A program made the position numbers and the translations under genes. Shown in pieces: positions 15,396-23,767 of a DNA stretch of 33,362 nucleotides. This DNA is from a virus: IMG/VR virus record IMGVR_UViG_3300010345_001206; one strand, 5' to 3'. Every line of letters begins with the position of its first letter. Position 1 is the first letter of the stretch. A model generated the notes under the pieces. It was given only the letters and a program-made list of their open reading frames with translations. It did no database searches and was not told the origin of the DNA.

Positions 15396-16880
15396 TTATC
15401 CTCCATCTCCTCCGAGTAAATTCAAATTATGCTCTCCGGGCTTTGGAGGCTCAATTACAATTCCTTGTTCGTTAGCCTGACTACTAATTTTAGCATCAAT
15501 TTGAGATTGCGTAGCTTTATTTCCTCTGTGCTCTGTTTTTCGAGATCCTCTCATTAAAGTATTGAACATATATTCAAGATCCTCTATTTGTGCTTCCATA
15601 TCCTCTTCAATACGGGAATATTTACGGTCAAAAGTAAATCGTTTCCTTGTATTTTCCATCCCGGATACTCGGTCTGCAAGATACTTAATATAACATTCTC
15701 CTTTAGCCTTCATTTCCGGGTTAACTACGATACCAAATAATGCGTCTACCGTATGCAAAAGAGCTCCGGATTCAGAAACATTTGATATAGTAAGATCTGA
15801 TGTATCCCACCCGGTTCTATTTGTTTGAGTTACAGTAATTATTGCCCATTGTTCTTCCATAGCAATAGCTCTCAAGTCTTCGCTGATTTGTTTGATCTTC
15901 ATATAAAGATTTTCGGAATTTGGATTCCTCCAATTTTTCATAATATTAAGATAATCAACGAAAACGTTTTCAAACTTATATCCTAAAATCTCCTCAGCTT
16001 TTTTTAGATATGTTCTAAGGTCATTTGTACTAAATGTAGATGAAGGGAATTCCTGGACATGCAAATTTCCATAAGGCTTAAAAGAAGATTCACGAACTTC
16101 AGAAAGCCTTTTCTTCATGTAATCTTGATCCTTTGCTTTTTCCCTATATTCATCCATGTGAATAGAAAGCATATTAGATCCAATTCTCATGTTAACGATT
16201 TCTCTTTGAAGCTCAAGGGTAATATAAGCTGTGTTATATCCATTCTCAACAGATTTCAAAGCTAAATTACCGAGCCATGTGGATTTACCAGATTTAGGGC
16301 CAGCTAATAAACAAATAAGGGATCCTTTCCACCATCCTCCATCAAGGCATTTATCAAAGAATGAATATCCGGTCGAAGTTCGGGCTAAACGATCTTGAAT
16401 ATGACTTGCTGCATCAAAGAAATCAACACCAAGATTAAATCCAAAATCAATAGCAGTTTCTGTAGAAAGCATGTGACGAACTTTCTCTATAACTTCCGTA
16501 GTATTTTCAACAGTAAGAGGAGTTGTCTTCAAATAAGCAACGGATTTTCTCATTACATATTCCAAATTCTTCATTCGGATCCAAGGTCCTACATTTTCCT
16601 CGAGCCATTCCGGAGTATAATGAGCTAATTCAGCTTTAGAATTATAAATAGCACCAACAACATCTTCACTTATTCTATCGGATATTCCTTTAATCCTAAC
16701 GAGTTCAAATAATTGTTCTTTTGCGGGGGCTTCTTTGTATTTTATTGCATGATCCTTAGCTAAATCAAATAATTCCCTAACGTTTGGATTTGTAAAGAAT
16801 TCTGGTTTAGTAGTATTTAGGAAAATTTGATTTCCTAAAATATAATGGAAAAATACGGTTTCTTGATATGCTCCAATCAT
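15396..16880 (-). CDS. gp41: DnaB-like replicative helicase (gp41-like)
   Basis: STGYSFFDKCLDGG; Walker A AGPKSGKST; YITLE; FVDYLN; TQTNR; VSESGAL..TVD. Confidence 0.92.
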   Translation of the reverse strand: MIGAYQETVFFHYILGNQIFLNTTKPEFFTNPNVRELFDLAKDHAIKYKEAPAKEQLFELVRIKGISDRISEDVVGAIYNSKAELAHYTPEWLEENVGPWIRMKNLEYVMRKSVAYLKTTPLTVENTTEVIEKVRHMLSTETAIDFGFNLGVDFFDAASHIQDRLARTSTGYSFFDKCLDGGWWKGSLICLLAGPKSGKSTWLGNLALKSVENGYNTAYITLELQREIVNMRIGSNMLSIHMDEYREKAKDQDYMKKRLSEVRESSFKPYGNLHVQEFPSSTFSTNDLRTYLKKAEEILGYKFENVFVDYLNIMKNWRNPNSENLYMKIKQISEDLRAIAMEEQWAIITVTQTNRTGWDTSDLTISNVSESGALLHTVDALFGIVVNPEMKAKGECYIKYLADRVSGMENTRKRFTFDRKYSRIEEDMEAQIEDLEYMFNTLMRGSRKTEHRGNKATQSQIDAKISSQANEQGIVIEPPKPGEHNLNLLGGDGG

Positions 16881-16892
16881 AAAATTTTAATT

Positions 16893-17165
16893 TTATTGCC
16901 AAGGATGTTTTAAAAGGTGATACTTGGTCCATCCTTTATGTTCTATGTAGCCTAAATCCTGTAGTTTTGAGAGATCATCTTCAAGATTTTCCCCTATTCT
17001 ACAACGGGTCTTTAGGTTCACTTCATATTTGATAAAATCTTCGTCTAATCGTGATTCTTTTTCTAAGAAGTTAACTATTTCAAAAAGGAGATCTTCATAG
17101 GTAGGTTCATCAACAATTCCGAGGAGATTTTTTATCTTAATCTTCTTTTTGTTGATTCCTTTCAT
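16893..17165 (-). CDS. Small hypothetical protein (possibly winged helix)
   Basis: 90 aa; helices followed by LQDLGYIEH..KYHLL. Confidence 0.65.
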   Translation of the reverse strand: MKGINKKKIKIKNLLGIVDEPTYEDLLFEIVNFLEKESRLDEDFIKYEVNLKTRCRIGENLEDDLSKLQDLGYIEHKGWTKYHLLKHPWQ

Positions 17166-18451
17166 TCTTCGTCTTCTTCGTCAATGACCCCGGATAATTC
17201 TTCGAGATCTTCAAGTGAATTTATATCAGGTAGCTGGAAGGTAGGTTTTATAACCTTCTCATCAAGTTCCATAAGAACTTCCGGAGTAAATACCTTATCT
17301 GTAAAAAGATTGATCAACGGTGTTTCCCCTCCGAGATGCTTGCAAACCAATTTCTTTCCTGATGGCTTTGGATGAGCCCAAACTTGCTTGGTTTCTTTTT
17401 TCTCCATTACTCCAAGTTCATTCTGAACCATTTCCCATCCTTGGAAAGGAACACAAATAGCTTTTTCCTTTTCATCAAGTTTATTATATTCTTTTTCGGT
17501 AAGCATCTCTCCTCTCATAATTCCGCAAACATCCCAGCTTACAAATGGTTCGAGACCAACATAGGGATTTGGGGATTTATAAAAAGGAATATGGAGTTTT
17601 ACTTTAATAGGACGAGCAAATCTCTGTTTAACAGGGGTAACATAAATTGTAACACCAACTCGAACTGCATCTACATTTTGTGCTTCTGCTTTCTTTTCAC
17701 CTTCTGCATCATCAAGTTTTCCTTTTCCAAGTACAAGAATAATTGAAGCGTTGTATTTTACTCCGCCACCTCCAGAAATTTCTTTGGGGGTAAACATACT
17801 CATTGCATCATAAACATGGTTATTAATGATGAAAGGAATACCGAGTTTTGCAAATTTAAGACCATTTACGCGGAACATTTTACGAATAGCTTGTTGCTTT
17901 GTCATGTCCCTTTTATTATCTCCCTTAACACTGTCTTCGGATTCTTTTTCGGAAGATAGGTTTCCGAGAGAGTCGAGTACAACTATAATCTTAGGAGGCT
18001 GTTCGCCTTTTTCAAGCATAGCTTCAAAAGAGGTAGTAATCTGAGCTGCTATGTGGTTAAATTCCTCAATAGTATTAACTGGCTGAAGACGAAGATGAGA
18101 AGTATCTACGCCAAGACGGGCAACAAAGTCCCTATCGATGGATCCTTCAGAATCAAAGTAAACAATATCATACCCATTCTCCTTTATACCATGACGACAA
18201 ATAGATAATGCTATATAAGTTTTACCGGTTCCTTCTTCGCCGGCTAAAACCAGAGATCTCCTATTAGGAAGGCCGCCAAATACTGATCCCGAGAGGCAGG
18301 CGTTTAGAATATAAGAGCCTGTGTTTATCCATTCATCAATTTTTGCAATGGGGTTAATATCAATCATTTCCCCATCCGGAGCAATCTTATTCAACATATC
18401 ATTCAAGACTGAGAATGAAGCTTGCCCAATAATTTTTTTCGCTTTAGCCAT
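17162..18451 (-). CDS. uvsX: RecA-like recombinase (UvsX)
   Basis: INTGSYILNACLSG; Walker A GEEGTGKT; YFDSEG; VLDSLG; INNHVY; SGGGGVKYNAS. Confidence 0.93.
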   Translation of the reverse strand: MAKAKKIIGQASFSVLNDMLNKIAPDGEMIDINPIAKIDEWINTGSYILNACLSGSVFGGLPNRRSLVLAGEEGTGKTYIALSICRHGIKENGYDIVYFDSEGSIDRDFVARLGVDTSHLRLQPVNTIEEFNHIAAQITTSFEAMLEKGEQPPKIIVVLDSLGNLSSEKESEDSVKGDNKRDMTKQQAIRKMFRVNGLKFAKLGIPFIINNHVYDAMSMFTPKEISGGGGVKYNASIILVLGKGKLDDAEGEKKAEAQNVDAVRVGVTIYVTPVKQRFARPIKVKLHIPFYKSPNPYVGLEPFVSWDVCGIMRGEMLTEKEYNKLDEKEKAICVPFQGWEMVQNELGVMEKKETKQVWAHPKPSGKKLVCKHLGGETPLINLFTDKVFTPEVLMELDEKVIKPTFQLPDINSLEDLEELSGVIDEEDEE

Positions 18452-18460
18452 AAAATTAAT

Positions 18461-18694
18461 TTATCTTATTTTGTTAATTTTATGGTCTTTTTTATCGAAA
18501 GTTTTACATTTATGACAAGAAAAGAGAGAATAAATTAAGAGAGATAAAGAGATGATTGCTGCTATAAGTTTAATAAATCCAATATGTTGAGTTCCAAAGA
18601 TAAGCTCACCAAAATGGTTAAGCAGTATATAAAATTCAACTACTAAGAAAAAAATAAATGATAAACAAAAAATTTTAATTAATATTTCTTTCAT
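18461..18694 (-). CDS. Small two-TM membrane protein
   Basis: Two hydrophobic stretches and a C-terminal CHKC. Confidence 0.6.
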   Translation of the reverse strand: MKEILIKIFCLSFIFFLVVEFYILLNHFGELIFGTQHIGFIKLIAAIISLSLLIYSLFSCHKCKTFDKKDHKINKIR

Positions 18695-18709
18695 AAAGAA
18701 AGAATAATT

Positions 18710-19243
18710 TTATAACCCGAGTTCTCCGCCTCCTTCCTCGGGCTGTTCTTCGGCTGGCTTCTCTGTCTTTTCCTCTTTTTCTTCCCCTATTTCGTCAAGG
18801 ATAGGTTTTAGCCTCCAAAATATTCTCTGAGCTGCTTTGTCTTTCAAAATAAAACCAGCCCAGTCGATCTCTTTTTTATCTGGTTCTATTGCATCCTGAG
18901 CAATCTCGGTTGAAGGTTTAACGATAAAATAATATACTCGCTTATACACTTTTCCGGATTTATCCTCATAATCAATATAATGAGGCTCTGTATCTTTTAT
19001 ATCTTTAGGATCGATATTTATACCAATTTCTTCGCGGGTTTCTCTTATAGCTGCTTCTAAAAGGTCTTCTCCTTTTTCAACTTGTCCTTTTGGAATACTA
19101 AATGTTCCCCACCATTTTTGACCTGTTGGGTGTCCAAGAAGAATACTGCCATTTTGAATAATGGCTAATCCAGCGGATAATTCGATAGGATCATCCAATT
19201 CTTGCTCAAACAGTTTTTCTCGAACTAATTTCATCTTTAGCAA
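18710..19243 (-). CDS. Nudix hydrolase with LVRE/LFE leader
   Basis: Nudix box GQVEKGEDLLEAAIRETREEIG; N-terminus MKLVREKLFE; acidic tail. Confidence 0.9.
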   Translation of the reverse strand: MLKMKLVREKLFEQELDDPIELSAGLAIIQNGSILLGHPTGQKWWGTFSIPKGQVEKGEDLLEAAIRETREEIGINIDPKDIKDTEPHYIDYEDKSGKVYKRVYYFIVKPSTEIAQDAIEPDKKEIDWAGFILKDKAAQRIFWRLKPILDEIGEEKEEKTEKPAEEQPEEGGGELGL

Positions 19244-19613
19244 ATTCTTTTATTCTTTTAATATTTATCAAATTTTCTTCGAGGTTCTTTATCACTCCAT
19301 CAATATCTTCGTATTCTCCTAATAGAATTTGTTTTATAGAACGTTCTACAGATTTAGTTCTTGGAAAATTCCAATTATCAAATTCCTGCGTTTGCGGATC
19401 ATAAATTGAATAAACTGTCACATGGTTTGGCGTATTTCTGACATAAAGCTCTATTTCTCCATTACTTGTCTTTTTCCATTCAAGATCTATTCCAAATTCT
19501 TTGCATTTCTGACAAACATAATCCATCTTTCTTTCAGTAGTCATACCAATATCCATGGATTTTTTAGGATCCTGACCTCGTTCAAAATTGATATTTTCCC
19601 TTACCAAATTCAT
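19206..19613 (-). CDS. FERGxDPK-leader protein
   Basis: MNLVRENINFERGQDPKKSMDIG followed by a unique C-terminal domain. Confidence 0.8.
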   Translation of the reverse strand: MNLVRENINFERGQDPKKSMDIGMTTERKMDYVCQKCKEFGIDLEWKKTSNGEIELYVRNTPNHVTVYSIYDPQTQEFDNWNFPRTKSVERSIKQILLGEYEDIDGVIKNLEENLINIKRIKEFAKDEISSRKTV

Positions 19614-20049
19614 TTTGATTAAAAATTTTTATCCAATATTTCACTTTTGCCAAAGCATCTTTGCAATTATCAAAGGATATTACATCTATCTCTTCATCTG
19701 GGGCATTTGGATTTTGAGGCCCTCTAAATTTTCTTTGTATATGATACCCCGCCGCAAATTTGTCTGAGAATTCCCGAGAATATTCTATATATGTATAATA
19801 AAGACTTCCTCTTGGGCCTTCAGGGGTGTATTCTATTCCAATTTTCGTAGAATTTTCATCCCACTCCTCTTTTATGCTAATATAAGGATTATCTTCTAAT
19901 TCCCAAACTTCTTTGCCCCAATATTCTATGACAATTTTTTTAATACCCTCATAAATTTGTATACGGGCATTTTTTATTTTTCTTTCCTTTACCCGACCAA
20001 TATCCATTGCATCTTTTGGATCCTGTCCTCTTATGAATTGTGCTCTCAT
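19582..20049 (-). CDS. FERGxDPK-leader protein
   Basis: Probable start ATG 20049 (TAATG coupling with the upstream stop): MRAQFIRGQDPKDAMDIG. Confidence 0.8.
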   Translation of the reverse strand: MRAQFIRGQDPKDAMDIGRVKERKIKNARIQIYEGIKKIVIEYWGKEVWELEDNPYISIKEEWDENSTKIGIEYTPEGPRGSLYYTYIEYSREFSDKFAAGYHIQRKFRGPQNPNAPDEEIDVISFDNCKDALAKVKYWIKIFNQNEFGKGKYQF

Positions 20050-20459
20050 TAATCTATTGCGGATGTAATCCATTTTTTTAATTGCTCAGTGGCTAATTCC
20101 AAACTATTGAAATTTCTTTCATCGGACGGTCCTCTGTTTTTTTGTGCCCATATTGCCGAATATAATTCAAATTGTTTAGATAAAAAATATCCCCTGTAAT
20201 CTAGAGTAAACCAATAATTTTTATATTCTGCTCTCGCCTGAACTTGAAAATCGTAACCAGCTCCAGGAGTTTCCTGAGCTTGAGTCATTATTTCGGGTTT
20301 AAAAAATTGTTTAGAAGAAAAAATGGAAGCTAAAGCACTTGATAATTCTTCCCTCTTTTTATCAATAGCCCTTTCTTTATAATGACCTAACTGCATAGAA
20401 TCTTTAGGATCTATTCCTCTTTCAAAATGAATATTTTCTAAAACAAGACGGGCTCTCAC
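20049..20459 (-). CDS. FERGxDPK-leader protein
   Basis: GTG start; MRARLVLENIHFERGIDPKDSMQLG. Confidence 0.8.
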   Translation of the reverse strand: MRARLVLENIHFERGIDPKDSMQLGHYKERAIDKKREELSSALASIFSSKQFFKPEIMTQAQETPGAGYDFQVQARAEYKNYWFTLDYRGYFLSKQFELYSAIWAQKNRGPSDERNFNSLELATEQLKKWITSAID

Positions 20460-20469
20460 AACGATTTTT

Positions 20470-20482
20470 TATTTATTTATTC
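20470..20482 (-). promoter_or_regulatory. Late-type promoter motif GAATAAATAAATA
   Basis: AATAAATA occurs twice (overlapping) between a terminator and the FERG cluster. Confidence 0.5.
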
Positions 20483-20484
20483 AT

Positions 20485-20508
20485 AAAAAAAGGAGATATA
20501 ATCTCCTT
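20485..20508 (-). terminator. Terminator after the phosphoesterase gene
   Basis: 8-bp stem AAGGAGAT/ATCTCCTT, 3-nt loop, followed by a T run. Confidence 0.7.
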
Positions 20509-21223
20509 ATCTCGCTTTTGTGTAATCTATTTCTTCTTCTATGCCTTCCTGGGCTTTTTTGCTCATAATCTGAGCAACTTCATAGAGATTTATAGGACGC
20601 CAGCCGCCACCAGGAAACTGGTGTATTTCTGAGTTATCGATACCCACATCAAAAGTTAATCCAGGCATTTTAAATCTACCATGAACATGGCCATAAAGAT
20701 GCCAAGACCCATGGGGTTTCCTATCCCATGAAGCCATAGGAAAGTGATCTAAAACGATGTGAATATTTAATCCAAATTGAGAAAAAGAGAAATTCTTTCT
20801 CTGAGTTATTTGAGAAAATCTCGTAGATTTTTCTATATTTCTGTCGTGATTTCCAAGGATAAGAAATTTATTACCATTTAATCGATCCAAGAATTTATCA
20901 CAATCGCCGCTTCGGGCAAATGTAACATCTCCAAGAAGATAAACAGTATCTCTTTTTCCTACCCATTTATTAAAAACATCCTTGATAAGCCACTCTGTAT
21001 GAGCTTTATCAATCATTTCTTTATACCACTTGTTATTCATATTCCTTTGATCATCTGGAATTCCTTCAAGATCTTTAGGATCTAAATAAACAGGCCTGTT
21101 ACAAATATCCACAATTTTTGGATGCGCATGATGTAAATCTGCGGTAAACCAAATATGTTCCATTACGGATTTTGCTTCTGGGGTAATTAAGTTTAGAATT
21201 TCTGCTGTTTTATGTTCTGCCAT
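20507..21223 (-). CDS. Calcineurin-like metallophosphoesterase
   Basis: FTADLHHAH, LLGD, GNHD, HFP, LYGHVHG. Confidence 0.9.
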   Translation of the reverse strand: MAEHKTAEILNLITPEAKSVMEHIWFTADLHHAHPKIVDICNRPVYLDPKDLEGIPDDQRNMNNKWYKEMIDKAHTEWLIKDVFNKWVGKRDTVYLLGDVTFARSGDCDKFLDRLNGNKFLILGNHDRNIEKSTRFSQITQRKNFSFSQFGLNIHIVLDHFPMASWDRKPHGSWHLYGHVHGRFKMPGLTFDVGIDNSEIHQFPGGGWRPINLYEVAQIMSKKAQEGIEEEIDYTKAR

Positions 21224-21227
21224 ATTT

Positions 21228-22136
21228 TTATGTTAATCGAGGATAAAAAGATTCATTTGCATAATCCTCTTGTGAATAATCTTGTTCTGGTCTATAAGGT
21301 ATTTTATCTTCTGGTTCTTGTAAAGTTTCGGGTTCTTCCTTTTTAGGTGTTAAATCTTTCATTCTTGTAATGATAGTTTGCTTTTCCCCCTTAAATTCAT
21401 TATAATTTTTAATTGTAAATACACAATCATGAAAATTTTCTTTATCGTCTTTAAATGGGGGATAAGGACCCTTTAGCATAAAGGTATTTTCGTCTTCATC
21501 AATAAATTTTGTAATCCAGATAGAACCCCATTGAGACTCCCCGCCATGAATCGTAAATACCCATTTAAGAGCTCTTCTGATCTTATCTCCTTTATTTCCA
21601 ACAAAATCACTCTTCTCTGCTGCTTTAGCTCTTTCCTCTTCCCAATTTTCCCTTTTCTTCTTCCACTCATAATCTTTCTTAGTCATGAGTTCGCCCTTAT
21701 AATCAATAATAAGGCCTTTTTCTAATAGGATTGGCTGTAAATTTTGAAAAAATGCTTCATCTTTTTCTTTTCTTCCAGCTTTATTAGCATTCCAAAACCA
21801 AACGGAATAACTTTGAACTCTTTCATTATCCCAATCCATATATCTAATATCCTGTCCTTTATATTGACCAAACTGCCATTTAAAGTTTTTATCGGGATCT
21901 TTTTGCCCTCTTTTAATAGGGTTTAAAGGAGCTTCATTAACTTCAAAGTTTTTATGTCCAAGAATTTCTTCTGCCTTCTTTTTAGCTTCTTCAAGATCTG
22001 TTCCTAAAACTTGAACAAGACGATCAAATGGATAATTACCTGAAAAATATCCTCGAACTCCGGAATGTCTTAAAACATACATTTTTCCGCCTGTTCCTGG
22101 AGCTATATAATATTTTTCTTTAATAATTCTAGACAT
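21228..22136 (-). CDS. Hypothetical protein with FGQYKG motif and C-terminal OB-fold-like domain
   Basis: WQFGQYKGQDI; FVGNKGDK..SQWG..KFIDEDEN..TIKNYNEFKGEKQTIITR. Confidence 0.7.
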   Translation of the reverse strand: MSRIIKEKYYIAPGTGGKMYVLRHSGVRGYFSGNYPFDRLVQVLGTDLEEAKKKAEEILGHKNFEVNEAPLNPIKRGQKDPDKNFKWQFGQYKGQDIRYMDWDNERVQSYSVWFWNANKAGRKEKDEAFFQNLQPILLEKGLIIDYKGELMTKKDYEWKKKRENWEEERAKAAEKSDFVGNKGDKIRRALKWVFTIHGGESQWGSIWITKFIDEDENTFMLKGPYPPFKDDKENFHDCVFTIKNYNEFKGEKQTIITRMKDLTPKKEEPETLQEPEDKIPYRPEQDYSQEDYANESFYPRLT

Positions 22137-22166
22137 AACAATAGATTATTTTATCTATTTATTTCA

Positions 22167-22198
22167 CAAATATACAAATAAAAACCCGAACATAAAAA
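22167..22198 (-). promoter_or_regulatory. Bacteroidota-type housekeeping promoter (-7 TAnnTTTG)
   Basis: Minus strand TTTTTATGTTCGGGTTTTTATTTGTATATTTG. The upstream part may double as a terminator hairpin (CCCGAA/TTCGGG). Confidence 0.6.
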
Positions 22199-23050
22199 TT
22201 ATTCGGGGTTTTTTGATAAGGCAATTGAATCCTGGACTGGAAATTTCTCCAGCCCTGATTCTAATCTATCATAATAAATTTGAGGAGTTAGGATTTCTTT
22301 ATAAGATGGAGGTTTATTTCTAATTATAACTGCCATTCCATATTTAATACCATATCTTTGAATAATAGGTTCCACGAAGCTTAAAGCATATTCATATTTT
22401 ACTTTTGAAATATTATTAGGATCTTTTATTTCTTCTATTGATTTAGGCTTAAATTCTCTTTTATCCCTAATACATTCTCCCATATTAAAAGTCATATACT
22501 CGCAGAATCCTTCTTCCATAAATTCAGCTCCGAATCCATATTCATGGCTGGGGACATAAACAATATTATTATATTCCGATGATACTATAAAACCCATCAT
22601 CTTCATTTCTCGAAGTACCTGGTTAAAATAGCAATGATAAATTTCATGAATAAGAACTCCTTTTACAAATTTATCATCATAAGTTAGGTTTTTCTTCTTG
22701 AAATTAGGAGTACTTTTTAATTCATATCCTACATATCTTTCTTCTGTAGTTAAAATAATTTCTCCTGGGATATAAGTTCTCCCCAGTTCTAAAGAATCAT
22801 GAGACATATATTCTCTTAAATCGTCCGAATAAATTTCTATATCATAGATAGGTTCATTAATAAAAAGCTGAACTTCATCAATGATATGATACTTGTTTTC
22901 AGTAATATAATTTGAAATGCCTACACTAGTTGGTTTGCCCTCTTTATTTCTGGGATAATCTTGAGAGCATTGAGTAAAAGAAACGACAATTAAAAAAACT
23001 AATAGAAGTATCTTTTTCAAGATTACCATGTATCTTTTTGATTCTTCCAA
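22199..23050 (-). CDS. Putative lipoprotein/secreted zinc metallopeptidase (gluzincin-like)
   Basis: Basic N-terminus, hydrophobic segment, then FTQC lipobox-like Cys; HEIYH (HExxH) and downstream EEGFCEY. Confidence 0.7.
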   Translation of the reverse strand: MEESKRYMVILKKILLLVFLIVVSFTQCSQDYPRNKEGKPTSVGISNYITENKYHIIDEVQLFINEPIYDIEIYSDDLREYMSHDSLELGRTYIPGEIILTTEERYVGYELKSTPNFKKKNLTYDDKFVKGVLIHEIYHCYFNQVLREMKMMGFIVSSEYNNIVYVPSHEYGFGAEFMEEGFCEYMTFNMGECIRDKREFKPKSIEEIKDPNNISKVKYEYALSFVEPIIQRYGIKYGMAVIIRNKPPSYKEILTPQIYYDRLESGLEKFPVQDSIALSKNPE

Positions 23051-23466
23051 TCACTAAATTCTTCTTTTCCCCCTCTGACTGACCAATCAGAATCGATAGT
23101 TAATTTGGAGGAAAATCCGCCACGTACATTAAATTCCATTGTAATTCTTAATCTTGATGGCTGATAAACTTCCATAAGGTGGGAATAAACAGTGTTAATT
23201 AATCTCTCATAAGAAATAATCATATCCCTATATTGATAAAAGTATTTTTTAAGGGATTTTAATTCAATAACTTTTTCTTTAGCATAAAAATCAATATAAA
23301 CGACACCAAAATCTGGTTGTTCATCTACTCCAAGAAAAGTTATCTCAGTTCCTTTTATTCTGTTTTCGTAGGCACTCTGGTCCGGATTGGGTAAGCTTCT
23401 AAGGACGCTTTTATCCGCAGATTGCCAGAATTTTTTTGTTTTTTTATCGGTTGTCGCCTGATCCAT
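23023..23466 (-). CDS. queF: QueF-like T-fold protein lacking the catalytic cysteine
   Basis: QPDFG, QueF motif ELKSLKKYF, YER, RGG. The position of the catalytic Cys is Gly (TFLGVDEQPDF). Confidence 0.8.
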   Translation of the reverse strand: MDQATTDKKTKKFWQSADKSVLRSLPNPDQSAYENRIKGTEITFLGVDEQPDFGVVYIDFYAKEKVIELKSLKKYFYQYRDMIISYERLINTVYSHLMEVYQPSRLRITMEFNVRGGFSSKLTIDSDWSVRGGKEEFSDWKNQKDTW

Positions 23467-23767
23467 GTTGTACGTTTCTTTTAAGTCTGTCTTTTATTTT
23501 TTCTAAATTAGCCTCTGCAATATCGTCTAATGTATATCCTAATTTGCCAGCCATACGAGCAATATACCATAGAACATCACCAAGTTCTTTTTTAAGGGAT
23601 TGTTTTCTTTCCTCTGTAAGTTTCCCCTCGTCATCCCTTAGCATTTTTTTAACGTGATCAGCTATTTCCCCGCCCTCTCCTGTGATACCAAGAGCACAAT
23701 AAGCTACATCGTCATGCTCATAAAATGCAGTTTTAGCTGCTTCTTCTTGATACTTATTTAGCTCCAT
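23444..23767 (-). CDS. mazG: MazG-family nucleotide pyrophosphohydrolase
   Basis: YQEEA..LGITGEGGEIADHVKK..ELGDVLWYIA. Confidence 0.9.
   Translation of the reverse strand: MELNKYQEEAAKTAFYEHDDVAYCALGITGEGGEIADHVKKMLRDDEGKLTEERKQSLKKELGDVLWYIARMAGKLGYTLDDIAEANLEKIKDRLKRNVQHGSGDNR

Noticed and set aside
15396-18451. Inteins or introns in gp41 and UvsX (UvsX is somewhat long)
   Set aside because: No intein splice motifs or LAGLIDADG blocks. The extra length is a short C-terminal insertion plus acidic tails.
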